A stretch of DNA of 64,000 nt from an uncultured Trueperaceae bacterium (GTDB lineage Bacteria > Deinococcota > Deinococci > Deinococcales > Trueperaceae): assembly GCA_963727505.1 (NCBI GenBank), contig CAVSGP010000009.1, positions 192,001 through 256,000 of the forward strand. The letters run 5' to 3'. The notes under the pieces were generated by a model that saw nothing but the letters and a program-made list of their open reading frames with translations, did no database searches and was not told where the DNA came from. Shown piece after piece: positions 41,865 through 51,206 of this stretch. The translations under genes were made by a program, and so were the position numbers. The number at the start of each line of letters is the position of its first letter. The stretch's first letter is position 1.

Positions 41865-42851
41865 ATGCATACCAGGCGACTGGGAAAGACGGGGTCCGAG
41901 ATCGGCGAGGTCGGGTTGGGCACCTGGGCCCTCGGCGGGAGCTGGGGGAATGTCCCCGAGGAGGACGCCCTGGCGACGTTGCGCGAGGCGCTCGACGCCG
42001 GCGTGACCTTCCTGGACACCGCCGACGTCTACGGCGACGGTCGCAGCGAGCGCCTGATCCGATCGTTGTTCGCCGAACGCGAACGGGGAGACGTCGTGGT
42101 GGCGACCAAGGCCGGGCGACGGCTCGACCCGCACGTCGCGTCGGGGTACGACTACGAGCACCTGGCGCGCTTCGTGGCGCGCAGCCTGGACAACCTCGGG
42201 GTCGAGAGCCTCGACCTGCTGCAGCTCCACTGCCCTCCCACCGACGTCTACCGGTCCGATGCCGCCTTCGACGCGCTCGAGCGTATGAAGTCCGACGGAA
42301 TGCTCCGCCACTACGGGGTGAGCGTCGAGACCGTCGAGGAAGCCGAGCTGGCGCTCGAGCACGAGGGCGTGGAGACGGTCCAGATCATCTACAACATGTT
42401 CCGCTTCAAGCCGGCGGACGCCTTCTTCGCCCACGCGAAGGCCCGCGACGTCGGGATCATCGTGAGGGTGCCGCTGGCCAGCGGCCTGCTGTCGGGCAAG
42501 ATGACCCGTGAGCGTACGTTCGAGGCCGACGACCACCGCGCCTTCAACCGCCACGGCGAGGCGTTCGACGTAGGCGAGACCTTCTCGGGGGTGGACTTCG
42601 AAGTCGGCCTGGCGGCGGCAGCGGAGCTGCAAGCGCTGGTGCCGAAGGGGTCGACACTGGCGCAGCTCGCGCTGCGCTGGATCCTCATGCACCCGGCCGT
42701 GTCGGTGGTGATTCCCGGCGCCCGCCGCCCGCAGCAGGCAGGCGACAACGCGGCTGCCTCCGACCTCCCCGCTCTCACGCCGGAGGCCATGCAGCGTGTG
42801 CGGGAGGTGTACGACGCCCACATCCGAGCGCAGGTTCACCGACGTTGGTGA
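41865..42851 (+). CDS. Aldo/keto reductase
   Basis: GLGTWALGG, FLDTADVYGDGRSE, DLLQLH, PLASGLLSGK, VIPGA. Confidence 0.92.
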   Translation: MHTRRLGKTGSEIGEVGLGTWALGGSWGNVPEEDALATLREALDAGVTFLDTADVYGDGRSERLIRSLFAERERGDVVVATKAGRRLDPHVASGYDYEHLARFVARSLDNLGVESLDLLQLHCPPTDVYRSDAAFDALERMKSDGMLRHYGVSVETVEEAELALEHEGVETVQIIYNMFRFKPADAFFAHAKARDVGIIVRVPLASGLLSGKMTRERTFEADDHRAFNRHGEAFDVGETFSGVDFEVGLAAAAELQALVPKGSTLAQLALRWILMHPAVSVVIPGARRPQQAGDNAAASDLPALTPEAMQRVREVYDAHIRAQVHRRW

Positions 42852-42881
42852 GCGCGCGAAGGGTCCGCTGAGGCGGGCCGC

Positions 42882-43559
42882 GTGACGCTGAGCGACGCCG
42901 AGGTGGTGGCGCGTTGTCCGCTCTTCGCGCAGCTACCGGACGAGGACGTGGTCGCGCTCGCCGGGGTCGGCGTCCGCCGCTCCGTTGCTGCCGGCGAGAC
43001 CCTCTTCCTGGCAGGCGAGCGGGCGCGGGGACTCCCGCTGGTGGTGCGCGGTCGCGTCAGGATCTTCGTGCTGTCTCCCACCAGTGGACGGGAGGTCGTT
43101 CTGACGATCGAGAGGCCGTTCGGTGCCGTGGCCGAGCTCGTCGCCTTCGACGGCGGCCCCTACCCGGCGAGCGCCGAGGCGATGGAGGACGGCGAGCTGC
43201 TGTGGCTCGGCCAGGAGGGGCTCCAGACTCTGCTGCGCAACCGTCCCGGCCTGGCCGTGCATCTGGTGCGAACCCTGGGGCGTCGGCTGCGCCGGCTGGT
43301 GGGGCTCATCGAGCAGATCTCGTTCCAGGAGGTCATCCAGCGCCTGGCGGTCGACCTGCTGGCGGTCGCCGAGCGGGGCGTTCCCTTCGCGCTCGACACC
43401 AACGCGGCCATCGCCGGGCGGCTCGGCACGGTGCCGGAGCTCGTGAGTCGCAACCTGTCGCGCCTGCATCAGAGCGGCATGCTCGAGCTGCGGGGGCGCA
43501 CCGTGCTGTCGCTGGACCGCGCCGCGCTCGAGGACCTCGCCGCACGGTCGGGGCGGTGA
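42882..43559 (+). CDS. Crp/Fnr-family transcriptional regulator
   Basis: cNMP domain (GETLFLAGE, YPASAEA) plus HTH IAGRLGTVPELVSRNL. Confidence 0.9.
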   Translation: MTLSDAEVVARCPLFAQLPDEDVVALAGVGVRRSVAAGETLFLAGERARGLPLVVRGRVRIFVLSPTSGREVVLTIERPFGAVAELVAFDGGPYPASAEAMEDGELLWLGQEGLQTLLRNRPGLAVHLVRTLGRRLRRLVGLIEQISFQEVIQRLAVDLLAVAERGVPFALDTNAAIAGRLGTVPELVSRNLSRLHQSGMLELRGRTVLSLDRAALEDLAARSGR

Positions 43560-43645
43560 CGCACAGACAGCGGCCTGAGCCGCGATGATGGCAGACCTCA
43601 CTGCGCGCGCGGCGATGACGGCGGCCCGGCGCCCGCCCCACGCGG

Positions 43646-43975
43646 TCAGCCGAAGCCGAGCGCGCGCCGGGCCTCATCGCTCATCGACGCAGGCGTCCAG
43701 GGCGGGTCCCAGACCACCGTCACGTCGACCGACTCCACGCCATCGACGGCTGCCAGGCGCCCTTCGACCGCGGCGACGATGCTGCCGTGCAGGGGGCAGC
43801 CGGGCGTGGTGAGGGTCATCTCGACCGCCACCGCCTCCCCGGCGATCTGCACGGCGTAGACCAGGCCCAGGGCGAGGATGTCGAGTGCCAGCTCGGGGTC
43901 GACGACCTCGCCGAGCGCCGCCAGGACGGCGTCGGGGTCCGGCGAGGGCGCGAGCATGTGGAGGGTCGGGGTCAT
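43646..43975 (-). CDS. Metal-sulfur cluster assembly factor (DUF59/SufT)
   Basis: VVDPEL..DI..LGLVY, MTLTTPGCP, VWDPPWTP..MS. Confidence 0.9.
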   Translation of the reverse strand: MTPTLHMLAPSPDPDAVLAALGEVVDPELALDILALGLVYAVQIAGEAVAVEMTLTTPGCPLHGSIVAAVEGRLAAVDGVESVDVTVVWDPPWTPASMSDEARRALGFG

Positions 43976-45252
43976 ACTTCCTCCTTGAGGACGGCGGGCA
44001 CGGCGGCCCGCTCGACACGCGCGCCATGGCGGCCGAAGAGGATCGCCACGGTCTGGACGAGCTGCGCCCACGCGCCGACTGCCAGCAGCGCTGCGGCGGC
44101 GGCCGCCCAGGGTTCGGAGCGAAGGCTGGCGGCGAGTGCGGCGGCGACGGCGCCGGCCGCCAGACCGAAGGTGGTGAGCGGCTCCAAGCCCGGCAGGAGC
44201 ATGTCGCGCAGCAGCGGTGCTCGCCCCGGGGCGCCGCGGGCGGCGTAACGCGCCTGCCAGGTGAGGAACGTCGCGATCTTGGCCTGCATCCCGCTGGCGG
44301 ACAGCACCACGAAGCCGAGCAGCAGGGCAATGCCGGCGCCGGCGCGGTGACCCGCGAGGGCGAGAGCACCCGCCAGCGGGAGGAAGGCGTGCGCCAGCAG
44401 GTAGCGCTGGACCGGCGGCTCGAGCCGCCGGCGGATGCGCACCCGCAGCAGCGCCGCCACCTCCCAGAGCTGGAGCGCCCCCGCTGCCGCCAGCAGACCG
44501 TCGGCCGCGACGTGCAGCGGAAGGTGCGCGAAGACGCTCAGCAGCTCGGCCACGATGGCCGCGTGCACCAGTCCGGTGAGGACGCGCAGGCGGTAGGCGC
44601 GGGTCTGCTTGGCCAGCGCGAACATGGCCAGCAGCCGCTGGCCGGCCGCGGCGATGCCCAGCAGGAAGGCGCCGAACAGGCCCACGGTGAGGTGGAGGGT
44701 CACGGGGTAGCCCAGCAGCCGGGCCAGGCCGGGCAGGTGCGGGGAGGCGGCGAGAAGGAAGCCGAGGGCCACGGTCAGCGCCAGGTACACCGTGGCGGTG
44801 ACCAGGCCCCGGGCGGCGGCGTCACGGCGGGTGGCGCCGGCCAGGGTGCGCAGTGCCTGGAGTGCACATGCCCACAAGGAGAGCGTTACCAGCAAACCTC
44901 CGATGATCAGGGCCGCGGGCTCGAAGCCGAGCGCGAACCCGGCCACCACCCCGGCGGAGCCCGCTACCAGGGCCGGCAGGGTGACCCTCCCCAGCCTTGG
45001 CCAGGCGAGGCGGGTCACCAGCAGCACGGGCAGCAACTGCTGCAGGGTGCCGGCGAAGAGCAGCGCAACGTAGCCGAGCGTGACGACGTGGGTCAACGCC
45101 AGGTAGGCAGGCGTCGGCGCTGCGGAGGCGAGCAGGCCAGGATGTAGCGCCAACGCGACCGCGCCGGCCGCTAGCCCCAGTGCGCCGGTGAGCAACGCCG
45201 CCAGCGGCAAGGCCGCGGGCGGGTCGCCGGGGGCGGCCGGCTGCGGGATCAC
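43972..45252 (-). CDS. Polytopic membrane protein with intramembrane His residues (NnrS/heme-copper-oxidase-like fold inferred)
   Basis: ~12 TM; ALTHVVTLG..GTLQQLLPV, LHLTVGLFG, KIATFLTW. Confidence 0.65.
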   Translation of the reverse strand: MIPQPAAPGDPPAALPLAALLTGALGLAAGAVALALHPGLLASAAPTPAYLALTHVVTLGYVALLFAGTLQQLLPVLLVTRLAWPRLGRVTLPALVAGSAGVVAGFALGFEPAALIIGGLLVTLSLWACALQALRTLAGATRRDAAARGLVTATVYLALTVALGFLLAASPHLPGLARLLGYPVTLHLTVGLFGAFLLGIAAAGQRLLAMFALAKQTRAYRLRVLTGLVHAAIVAELLSVFAHLPLHVAADGLLAAAGALQLWEVAALLRVRIRRRLEPPVQRYLLAHAFLPLAGALALAGHRAGAGIALLLGFVVLSASGMQAKIATFLTWQARYAARGAPGRAPLLRDMLLPGLEPLTTFGLAAGAVAAALAASLRSEPWAAAAAALLAVGAWAQLVQTVAILFGRHGARVERAAVPAVLKEEV

Positions 45253-45476
45253 CGCAGGGGCCCCTTCACGATGCGCACCCGCGCGCTGCCGTCGGCGAGC
45301 TCCTGCACGCTGTACTGGGCGCCCGCCTCCTCGAGCTGGGGGAGGAGGTAGACCGGCACGCGGTCGTTGTGGATGGTGAGGACGTCGCCGTCCTGCATGC
45401 TCTCCAGGGCCTCCAGCGTGCGGACCATCGGCATGGGCGGCTCCAGGCCACGGTTATCGAGCGATCGCTCAGGCAT
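45249..45476 (-). CDS. DUF2249 (SirA/TusA-like) protein
   Basis: LDNRGLEPPMPMVRTLEAL..HNDRVPVYLLPQL; TAGGCT-N6-ATG. Confidence 0.85.
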   Translation of the reverse strand: MPERSLDNRGLEPPMPMVRTLEALESMQDGDVLTIHNDRVPVYLLPQLEEAGAQYSVQELADGSARVRIVKGPLR

Positions 45477-45511
45477 GCGATCAGCCTAGGCCCGGCCGGC
45501 CCGATTCCGCC

Positions 45512-45543
45512 TTGACCTGGGTGGAGGTCTTGACCCAGGTCAT
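45512..45543. promoter_or_regulatory. Two FNR/Dnr-like boxes in the divergent promoter region
   Basis: TTGACctggGTGGA (45512-45525) and TTGACccagGTCAT (45530-45543) versus the TTGAT-N4-ATCAA consensus. Confidence 0.65.
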
Positions 45544-45582
45544 GGCGGCGCGGTGCGCCCCCGGGTGATGCTGCCGCTCGTG

Positions 45583-45705
45583 ATGCCCGAGACCGATCGC
45601 CCCACCATGATGCCGCTGCTCGCCTTGCGCGAGGAGGCCGTGCTCCGTGCCCTGGCCGAGCTGGTCGGGTCGAGCGAGCCGTCGAAGGACGGGCCGTGTC
45701 GCTGA
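45583..45705 (+). CDS. Putative small leaderless ORF (40 aa)
   Basis: MPETDRPTMMPLLALREEAVLRALAEL...; stop overlaps the next start. Confidence 0.35.
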   Translation: MPETDRPTMMPLLALREEAVLRALAELVGSSEPSKDGPCR

Positions 45706-46022
45706 GCCGCCCGCTCGAAGTCCGCCGCTTCTCCGAGGTGGGGCCCGTGCCGCGGCCCCTCAGCGTCGGAGCCGGCCTGGCCGCCATGCTGCTGTGCTTG
45801 CAGCACGGCCAGGTCCTGCAGGCGCCCGACGGCGACGAGGCCGAGACCGTGTTCACCGTGCTCGATGGAGCGGGTTTCGTCCTCGACGGCGACGAGCGCT
45901 TCGAGGTGGCAACCGGGGATGTCGTGCACGTTCTGCCCGGGCGCAGCAAAGCGCTCGAGGCCGCCGCCGGGACGTTCACGGTGCTGGGTGTGCGGCGCAT
46001 GGCGGGCGGCGGGGATGGTTAG
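45696..46022 (+). CDS. Cupin domain protein
   Basis: LCLQHGQ..ETVFTVLDG.G..GDVVHV. Confidence 0.7.
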   Translation: MSLSRPLEVRRFSEVGPVPRPLSVGAGLAAMLLCLQHGQVLQAPDGDEAETVFTVLDGAGFVLDGDERFEVATGDVVHVLPGRSKALEAAAGTFTVLGVRRMAGGGDG

Positions 46023-46254
46023 CCCGCGGCTCCCCGGCCTCCGCCGTCCCGTCGCCATGATGCTCGACCGCGAGGTCTGCATCGAGTGCGGTGCATGCGA
46101 GGATCTCGTGCCCGGGATGCTCCAAGGGCCGGAGCGCATCGCCATCACCCAGGCCACCGTGGAGGCGATGGCTCATTGCCCGGTCGGCGCCATCCGCTGG
46201 TTGGAAGCATTGGAAGGAGAGGACCCTCATGACGAACTCCACGACGACGCTTGA
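46015..46254 (+). CDS. Small ferredoxin
   Basis: CIECGAC...CPVGAI. Confidence 0.75.
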   Translation: MVSPRLPGLRRPVAMMLDREVCIECGACEDLVPGMLQGPERIAITQATVEAMAHCPVGAIRWLEALEGEDPHDELHDDA

Positions 46255-46465
46255 CGTGCGCACCATCGCGCCTCGCGAGCGCCATCCGCTCATCTTCGAG
46301 ACCTTCGACGCGCTCGATCCCGGTGCGGCCCTCGAGCTGGTCAACGACCACGACCCGAAGCCGCTGTACTACCAGTTCCAGGCCGAGCGCCCCGGGGTCG
46401 TCGAATGGACCTACCTGGAGCAGGGCCCCGAGCTTTGGCGGGTGCGGATCGCCCGGACGGGATGA
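46229..46465 (+). CDS. DUF2249 domain protein
   Basis: LDVRTIAPRERHPLIF..LVNDHDPKPLYYQF..YLEQGPELWRV; RBS GGAGAGG. Confidence 0.88.
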   Translation: MTNSTTTLDVRTIAPRERHPLIFETFDALDPGAALELVNDHDPKPLYYQFQAERPGVVEWTYLEQGPELWRVRIARTG

Positions 46466-46809
46466 GCGCGGAGGAGACGGAACCCATCGGGTACGAGCTC
46501 CTGGAGCGGGCTTCCGGCGCCGAGCTGCCGGAAGCCGGCGTCCTCAGCCGCACGTTGGCCAGGGACGGCGGCGTACGGGTCACCTGGTTCGGCTTCGCGG
46601 CCGGCGAGGAGCTGACGGAGCACACCTCCAGCCGGCCGGCCCTGCTCCACTTCCTCCGCGGCCGCGCGCGCCTCACCCTGGGGGCGGACACGGTCGAGGT
46701 CGGGCCGGGCGATCACCTGCGCATGGAGGCTGGTCTTCGTCACAGCGTGGCCGCGCTCGAGCCTCTCGAGTTCGTGCTCACCCTGCTGCCGGCGAGCGGG
46801 ACGGCGTAG
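46462..46809 (+). CDS. Cupin domain protein
   Basis: VLSRTL, FGFAAGEELTEHTS, HSVAALE. Confidence 0.85.
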   Translation: MSAEETEPIGYELLERASGAELPEAGVLSRTLARDGGVRVTWFGFAAGEELTEHTSSRPALLHFLRGRARLTLGADTVEVGPGDHLRMEAGLRHSVAALEPLEFVLTLLPASGTA

Positions 46810-46819
46810 GCCGCGACCC

Positions 46820-47623
46820 GTGGCCGTGACCCGCGCCAAAGTCCGTTGGCGCACCCTGGCGCTCCCCAACGAGCACGGTGCCTGGGCGTTCCTGCTCGAG
46901 CCCGCCCTGCTGGGGCTCGGCGTCGCGCCGAGCCCGGCCGGGTTCGTCCTGGTGGTTGCGGGTCTGGGTGCCCTGCTCACGCAGCACCCGTTGGGACTCG
47001 CCCTGGCCGACCTGCGTCGCGGAAAGCGCTTCCCCCGCACCCTGCCGGCGCTCGGCCTGGCCGCCAGCTACGGCGCGCTCACGCTGCTGATGGTGGTCGC
47101 GGCGTTCCGACTCGGCGCCCGACCGGCCGCGCTGGCGCCGCTGGCGCTGGTGCTGCCGATCGCGCTGGTGCAGCTCGGCTTCGATGCCCGCAACCGGGGG
47201 CGCGACGCGCGCGCCGAGATCGCGGGCGCGTTGGCGCTGGGTGCATTGGCCGCCGCCATCGTGATGGCGGGCGGGGGGCCGTGGGGCGTCGCCCTCGCTT
47301 TGTGGCTCGTGGCCGCAGGCCGCAACGTTCCGTCGGTGCTGTACGTGAGGGCCCGGCTGCGGCTGCAGCGCGGCGGGGCCGCGCCACGCGGTCCGGTGCT
47401 CGCTGCCCACGTCGCGGCCTTGGTCGCGGTCGCGGGGGCGTGCGTGGCGGGCGTCCTGCCGTGGCTCGCCCTGGGGGCCTTCGCGGTGTTGCTGACGCGG
47501 GCTGCCGCCGGAATGCGGCCGTCGGCTCCCGTGCTGGCCGCGAAGTCCGTTGGCATGCTGGAGATGGCGTTCGGGTTGACGACGGTAGCGGCCGTCCTGC
47601 TCGGTATTTGGGCCGGTTCGTGA
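46820..47623 (+). CDS. YwiC-like membrane protein
   Basis: LPNEHGAWAFLLEP..LG N-terminus; SVLYVRA; K.VGMLE. Confidence 0.85.
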   Translation: MAVTRAKVRWRTLALPNEHGAWAFLLEPALLGLGVAPSPAGFVLVVAGLGALLTQHPLGLALADLRRGKRFPRTLPALGLAASYGALTLLMVVAAFRLGARPAALAPLALVLPIALVQLGFDARNRGRDARAEIAGALALGALAAAIVMAGGGPWGVALALWLVAAGRNVPSVLYVRARLRLQRGGAAPRGPVLAAHVAALVAVAGACVAGVLPWLALGAFAVLLTRAAAGMRPSAPVLAAKSVGMLEMAFGLTTVAAVLLGIWAGS

Positions 47624-47681
47624 GCCGGTCCGATGGCATTGGGGCGGCCCGCTCAATCGTCAGGCGTCCCCGGGGCAACGC

Positions 47682-48119
47682 GTGAGCCGCTACGAGGTCG
47701 CCCTGCTGCGCGGCGCCGTGCTCTACCTGCTCGCCACGGCGGCCTTCGGCGTGCTGTTCACGCTGCGTCCTGGCCTGGCGGGCCTGTTCGGGCCGACCCA
47801 CGCCCACCTGGGCCTGGTGGGTTTCTTCCTCTCGACGGTGATGGGGGTGGCGTTCTGGATGATGCCCCGGCCCGGCGGGATCCGTCAGGAGGGCTGGGAG
47901 GCGGCGTGCTTCTACCTGCTCAACGCCGGGCTGCTGCTGCGCACGGTGGCGGAACCCTGGTGGCGCGCGAGCCAGGCCACGCTGCCGCATGAGCTCTTCG
48001 TGGCCTCGGGCGCGCTCACGTTCGCAGCGGTGGCCGCCTTCGCCTGGGCGATGCGTCGGCGCATCGTGACGAAGGACGAGGTGCGCGCCCGCAGCCGCGG
48101 CCGACGCAGCGCGAATTGA
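47682..48119 (+). CDS. Four-TM membrane protein with HAH motif
   Basis: THAHLGLVGF...MGVAFWMMPR. Confidence 0.65.
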   Translation: MSRYEVALLRGAVLYLLATAAFGVLFTLRPGLAGLFGPTHAHLGLVGFFLSTVMGVAFWMMPRPGGIRQEGWEAACFYLLNAGLLLRTVAEPWWRASQATLPHELFVASGALTFAAVAAFAWAMRRRIVTKDEVRARSRGRRSAN

Positions 48120-48155
48120 CCCGCCCGGCGCGTGGCGGCGCCGGCGCGCGCATGG

Positions 48156-48710
48156 TCAGTTCTCGGTCTCCACGACCCTTGTGCCGGCGAGTTTGTCGCC
48201 CCAGCGGCGCCCCTCCTTGTCGGTGATGGTCAGGAAGCCCTCCACCAGGAGCAGGATGAGCCCGGCCACCCAGGCCAGCGGGATCAGCAGCCAGCCCAGG
48301 ATCGGGATGAGCAGCAGCACGATGGCAAGCGATGTGACCACCAGCGGCCAGTTGCGAGCGGCAGACACGCGGAACGTGACGGGTGAGCCGTCGTCGCAGA
48401 GCGGACGGAGATGCATGATGCGCTTGCCGAGCGAGCGATGGTCCATGAACTCGTAGTCGAAGCCGTCGCGGAACAGGAGGTAGAGGGCGGCCAGGATGCC
48501 GCCGATCCAGGGGATGCGGCTGACGATGGCCGCGATGACGGCGTCGATCAGGAACGCCAGGAAGCGTTTGACAAGATCGGCCTTGGGCGTCTCATCCGCG
48601 GCGGTTCCTGCCACGTCGCCAACCGGGCGTGGGGGCGCAGCGGGTTCGGTCGCAGCGGGTTCGGGCGCCGCCCCCTCGGTGGGTTCTCGATGGTGGCTCT
48701 CATCGCTCAT
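48156..48710 (-). CDS. RDD family protein
   Basis: KRFLAFLIDA, SLGKRIM, GRRWGDKLAGTRVV. Confidence 0.85.
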   Translation of the reverse strand: MSDESHHREPTEGAAPEPAATEPAAPPRPVGDVAGTAADETPKADLVKRFLAFLIDAVIAAIVSRIPWIGGILAALYLLFRDGFDYEFMDHRSLGKRIMHLRPLCDDGSPVTFRVSAARNWPLVVTSLAIVLLLIPILGWLLIPLAWVAGLILLLVEGFLTITDKEGRRWGDKLAGTRVVETEN

Positions 48711-48954
48711 GACCGACTCCCTTCGCTCCCAAGGCGTCGGCCGCCGGGCGGATCCGTCCGGAGCGCGGCTCGCGGCGGCTCGACGCCACCAGTGTAGCGG
48801 CGCCGCAGGCTCTGGCGGCGTGCGATGCACCATCTCGGCGACCATGAGCGTGGTCGGGGCGGGCGTCCCTCCGGGATGCGGCGGACCGCGCGGTAAGGTG
48901 GCTCTGGAGGCGCTCGGACGCGATGTGCAGGCTTCGCGGCTCGAGCGGGAACGC

Positions 48955-51132
48955 ATGACGCAGACGCACGCCTTTTACGTGGTACCCACCGGCCCGGGAG
49001 TGGGGCTGACCTCGGTATGTCTCGGGTTGGTCCGCGCCCTGGACCGAGAGGGACTGCGGGTGGCCTTCTTCAAGCCCATCCGACAACCCGGGTCCGACGA
49101 GGGGCCGGAGCGCTCGACCCATTTCGTCCGCCGCACGACGACTCTGGAGCCCGCCGAGCCCATGCCTTTCCGCGAGGCGGAGGCCCGGCTGACGGCGAGC
49201 AAGCGGGCGGAGCTGTTGCAGGAGCTCGTCGGTCGCTACCAGGAGTCCGCGGGCGACGCCGACGTGGTGATCATCGAAGGACTGGTCGCGACGGCTGACC
49301 AGCCGGGGCTCGACACGCTCAACGCCGACATCGCGCAGGCCCTCGATGCCGAGGTGCTCCTGGTGGGGGCGCTGGGCCGCAGCAGTCTCGAGGAGTTCAA
49401 CGACCGCCTCGACCTGGTGGCTGGCCAGTACGGCGGCGTGCGCAGCCCCAAGGTGTTGGGAGCCATCGTCAACAAGGTGAACGCTCCGCAACAGGAAGTG
49501 GTGGCGAGCACCCGCACCGAGCTCCGGCCGCCGGCCCAGCTGCTCACGGCCGAACGCATCTTCGAGGCGTGCCCGGTGTTCCGCCACGAAGGGTTCCACC
49601 TCTACGGCACGGTGCCCTGGCACCAGTCGATGGTCTCGCCGCGCACCATGGACGTCGCGGCGCGCCTCGGCGCCCGCCCCCTCATCGAGGGGGACATCGC
49701 CCGCCGGCGTGTCGTGGACGTGTCGATGGTGGCTCGCACGGTGGCCAACATGACCCACCGGTTGCGGCCCGACGCCCTGCTGGTGACGCCGGGCGACCGG
49801 GACGACATCATCCTCGCCGCCTGCATGGCCGCCCTCAACGGCGTTCCCCTGGCGGGCCTGGTGCTCACTGGCGGGATCCGCCCCAACGAGCACATCATGA
49901 AGCTGTGCGAGAAGGCGGTGGCCACGGGGCTGCCGCTGCTCCTCGTCGACAGCGACTCCTACGTCACCGCGGCGCGTGCCGCGGCCATGAATCTCGAGGT
50001 TCCGATCGACGACCTGGAGCGCATCGAGCGCGTCATGGACACCGTCGCCAGCTTCCTCGATACCGAGCGCCTGCGTGCGCGCATCGCTACGGACCGGGAG
50101 CCGCGGCTGTCGCCGCCGGCGTTTATGTACCGCTTGGTGGAACGGGCCCGCAAGGCTTCGAAGCGCATCGTGCTGCCCGAAGGGGAGGAGCCGCGCACGG
50201 TGAAGGCAGCGGCGACCTGCGCCGAGCGGCGCATCGCGCGCTGCGTGCTCATCGGGGATCCGGCCGAGGTGCGGCGCGTGGCCGAAGCGCAGGGCGTGAA
50301 GCTGGGCGAGGGCATCGAGGTCCTGAAACCTACCGACGACGTCCGCGAACGGTACGTCGACGACATGGTCGAGCTGCGTCGCCACAAGGGTCTCACGGCG
50401 GACGGTGCGCGTGAACAGCTGCGGGACAACGTGGTGTTGGGCACCATGATGCTCGCACGGGGCGAGGTGGACGGCCTGGTCTCGGGGGCTCTGCACACCA
50501 CCGCGAATACGGTGCGGCCGGCACTCCAGCTCATCAAGACGCGCGAGGACGCGCGGCTGGTGTCGTCGATCTTCTTCATGTGCCTACCCGAGCAGGTGCT
50601 CATCTACGGCGACTGCGCCGTCAATCCCGATCCCACCGCGGAGGAGCTGGCCGACATCGCCGTGCAATCGGCGGAGTCGGCGCTGGCGTTCGGTATCGCA
50701 CCGCGCGTGGCGATGATCAGCTACTCCACCGGCACGTCGGGGGGCGGTAGCGAGGTCGAGAAGGTGCGCGAGGCGACCCGCATCGCCCGGGAGCGCCGCC
50801 CGGAGCTGGTGCTCGACGGTCCGTTGCAGTATGACGCCGCTACCGTGGAGAGCGTGGGGCGCAGCAAGGCGCCCGACAGCATGGTGGCGGGCCGCGCCAC
50901 CGTGCTCATCTTCCCGGACCTGAACACCGGCAATGCCACCTACAAGGCCGTACAGCGCAGCGCCAACGTGGTCTCGATCGGTCCCATGTTGCAGGGCCTG
51001 CGGCGCCCGGTGAACGACCTGTCGCGCGGCGCGTTGGTGGACGACATCATCTACACCGTTGCCCTCACGGCCATCCAGGCCGAGCAGACCGAGCGGTTGG
51101 AGCGCGAGGCGGTGGTGGACGGGGCGGACTGA
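48955..51132 (+). CDS. pta: Phosphate acetyltransferase, long form (BioD-like + DRTGG + PTA domains)
   Basis: GVGLTSVCLGL, FFKPI, TPGDRDD, RIVLPEGEEPRT, DGPLQYDAA, FPDLNTGN, PVNDLSRG. Confidence 0.96.
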   Translation: MTQTHAFYVVPTGPGVGLTSVCLGLVRALDREGLRVAFFKPIRQPGSDEGPERSTHFVRRTTTLEPAEPMPFREAEARLTASKRAELLQELVGRYQESAGDADVVIIEGLVATADQPGLDTLNADIAQALDAEVLLVGALGRSSLEEFNDRLDLVAGQYGGVRSPKVLGAIVNKVNAPQQEVVASTRTELRPPAQLLTAERIFEACPVFRHEGFHLYGTVPWHQSMVSPRTMDVAARLGARPLIEGDIARRRVVDVSMVARTVANMTHRLRPDALLVTPGDRDDIILAACMAALNGVPLAGLVLTGGIRPNEHIMKLCEKAVATGLPLLLVDSDSYVTAARAAAMNLEVPIDDLERIERVMDTVASFLDTERLRARIATDREPRLSPPAFMYRLVERARKASKRIVLPEGEEPRTVKAAATCAERRIARCVLIGDPAEVRRVAEAQGVKLGEGIEVLKPTDDVRERYVDDMVELRRHKGLTADGAREQLRDNVVLGTMMLARGEVDGLVSGALHTTANTVRPALQLIKTREDARLVSSIFFMCLPEQVLIYGDCAVNPDPTAEELADIAVQSAESALAFGIAPRVAMISYSTGTSGGGSEVEKVREATRIARERRPELVLDGPLQYDAATVESVGRSKAPDSMVAGRATVLIFPDLNTGNATYKAVQRSANVVSIGPMLQGLRRPVNDLSRGALVDDIIYTVALTAIQAEQTERLEREAVVDGAD

Positions 51133-51206
51133 AGCTGCCCCCGTGCGCCGGCCAACGTGCCCGGAGCCTCGAGCGTGACCTCGAAGTCACCTCGCCATGA
51201 GGCCCC

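Noticed and set aside
43556..43625. Several (G/A)TGA(C/T) half-sites after the Crp/Fnr gene
   Set aside because: Lie between convergent genes and lack matching right half-sites
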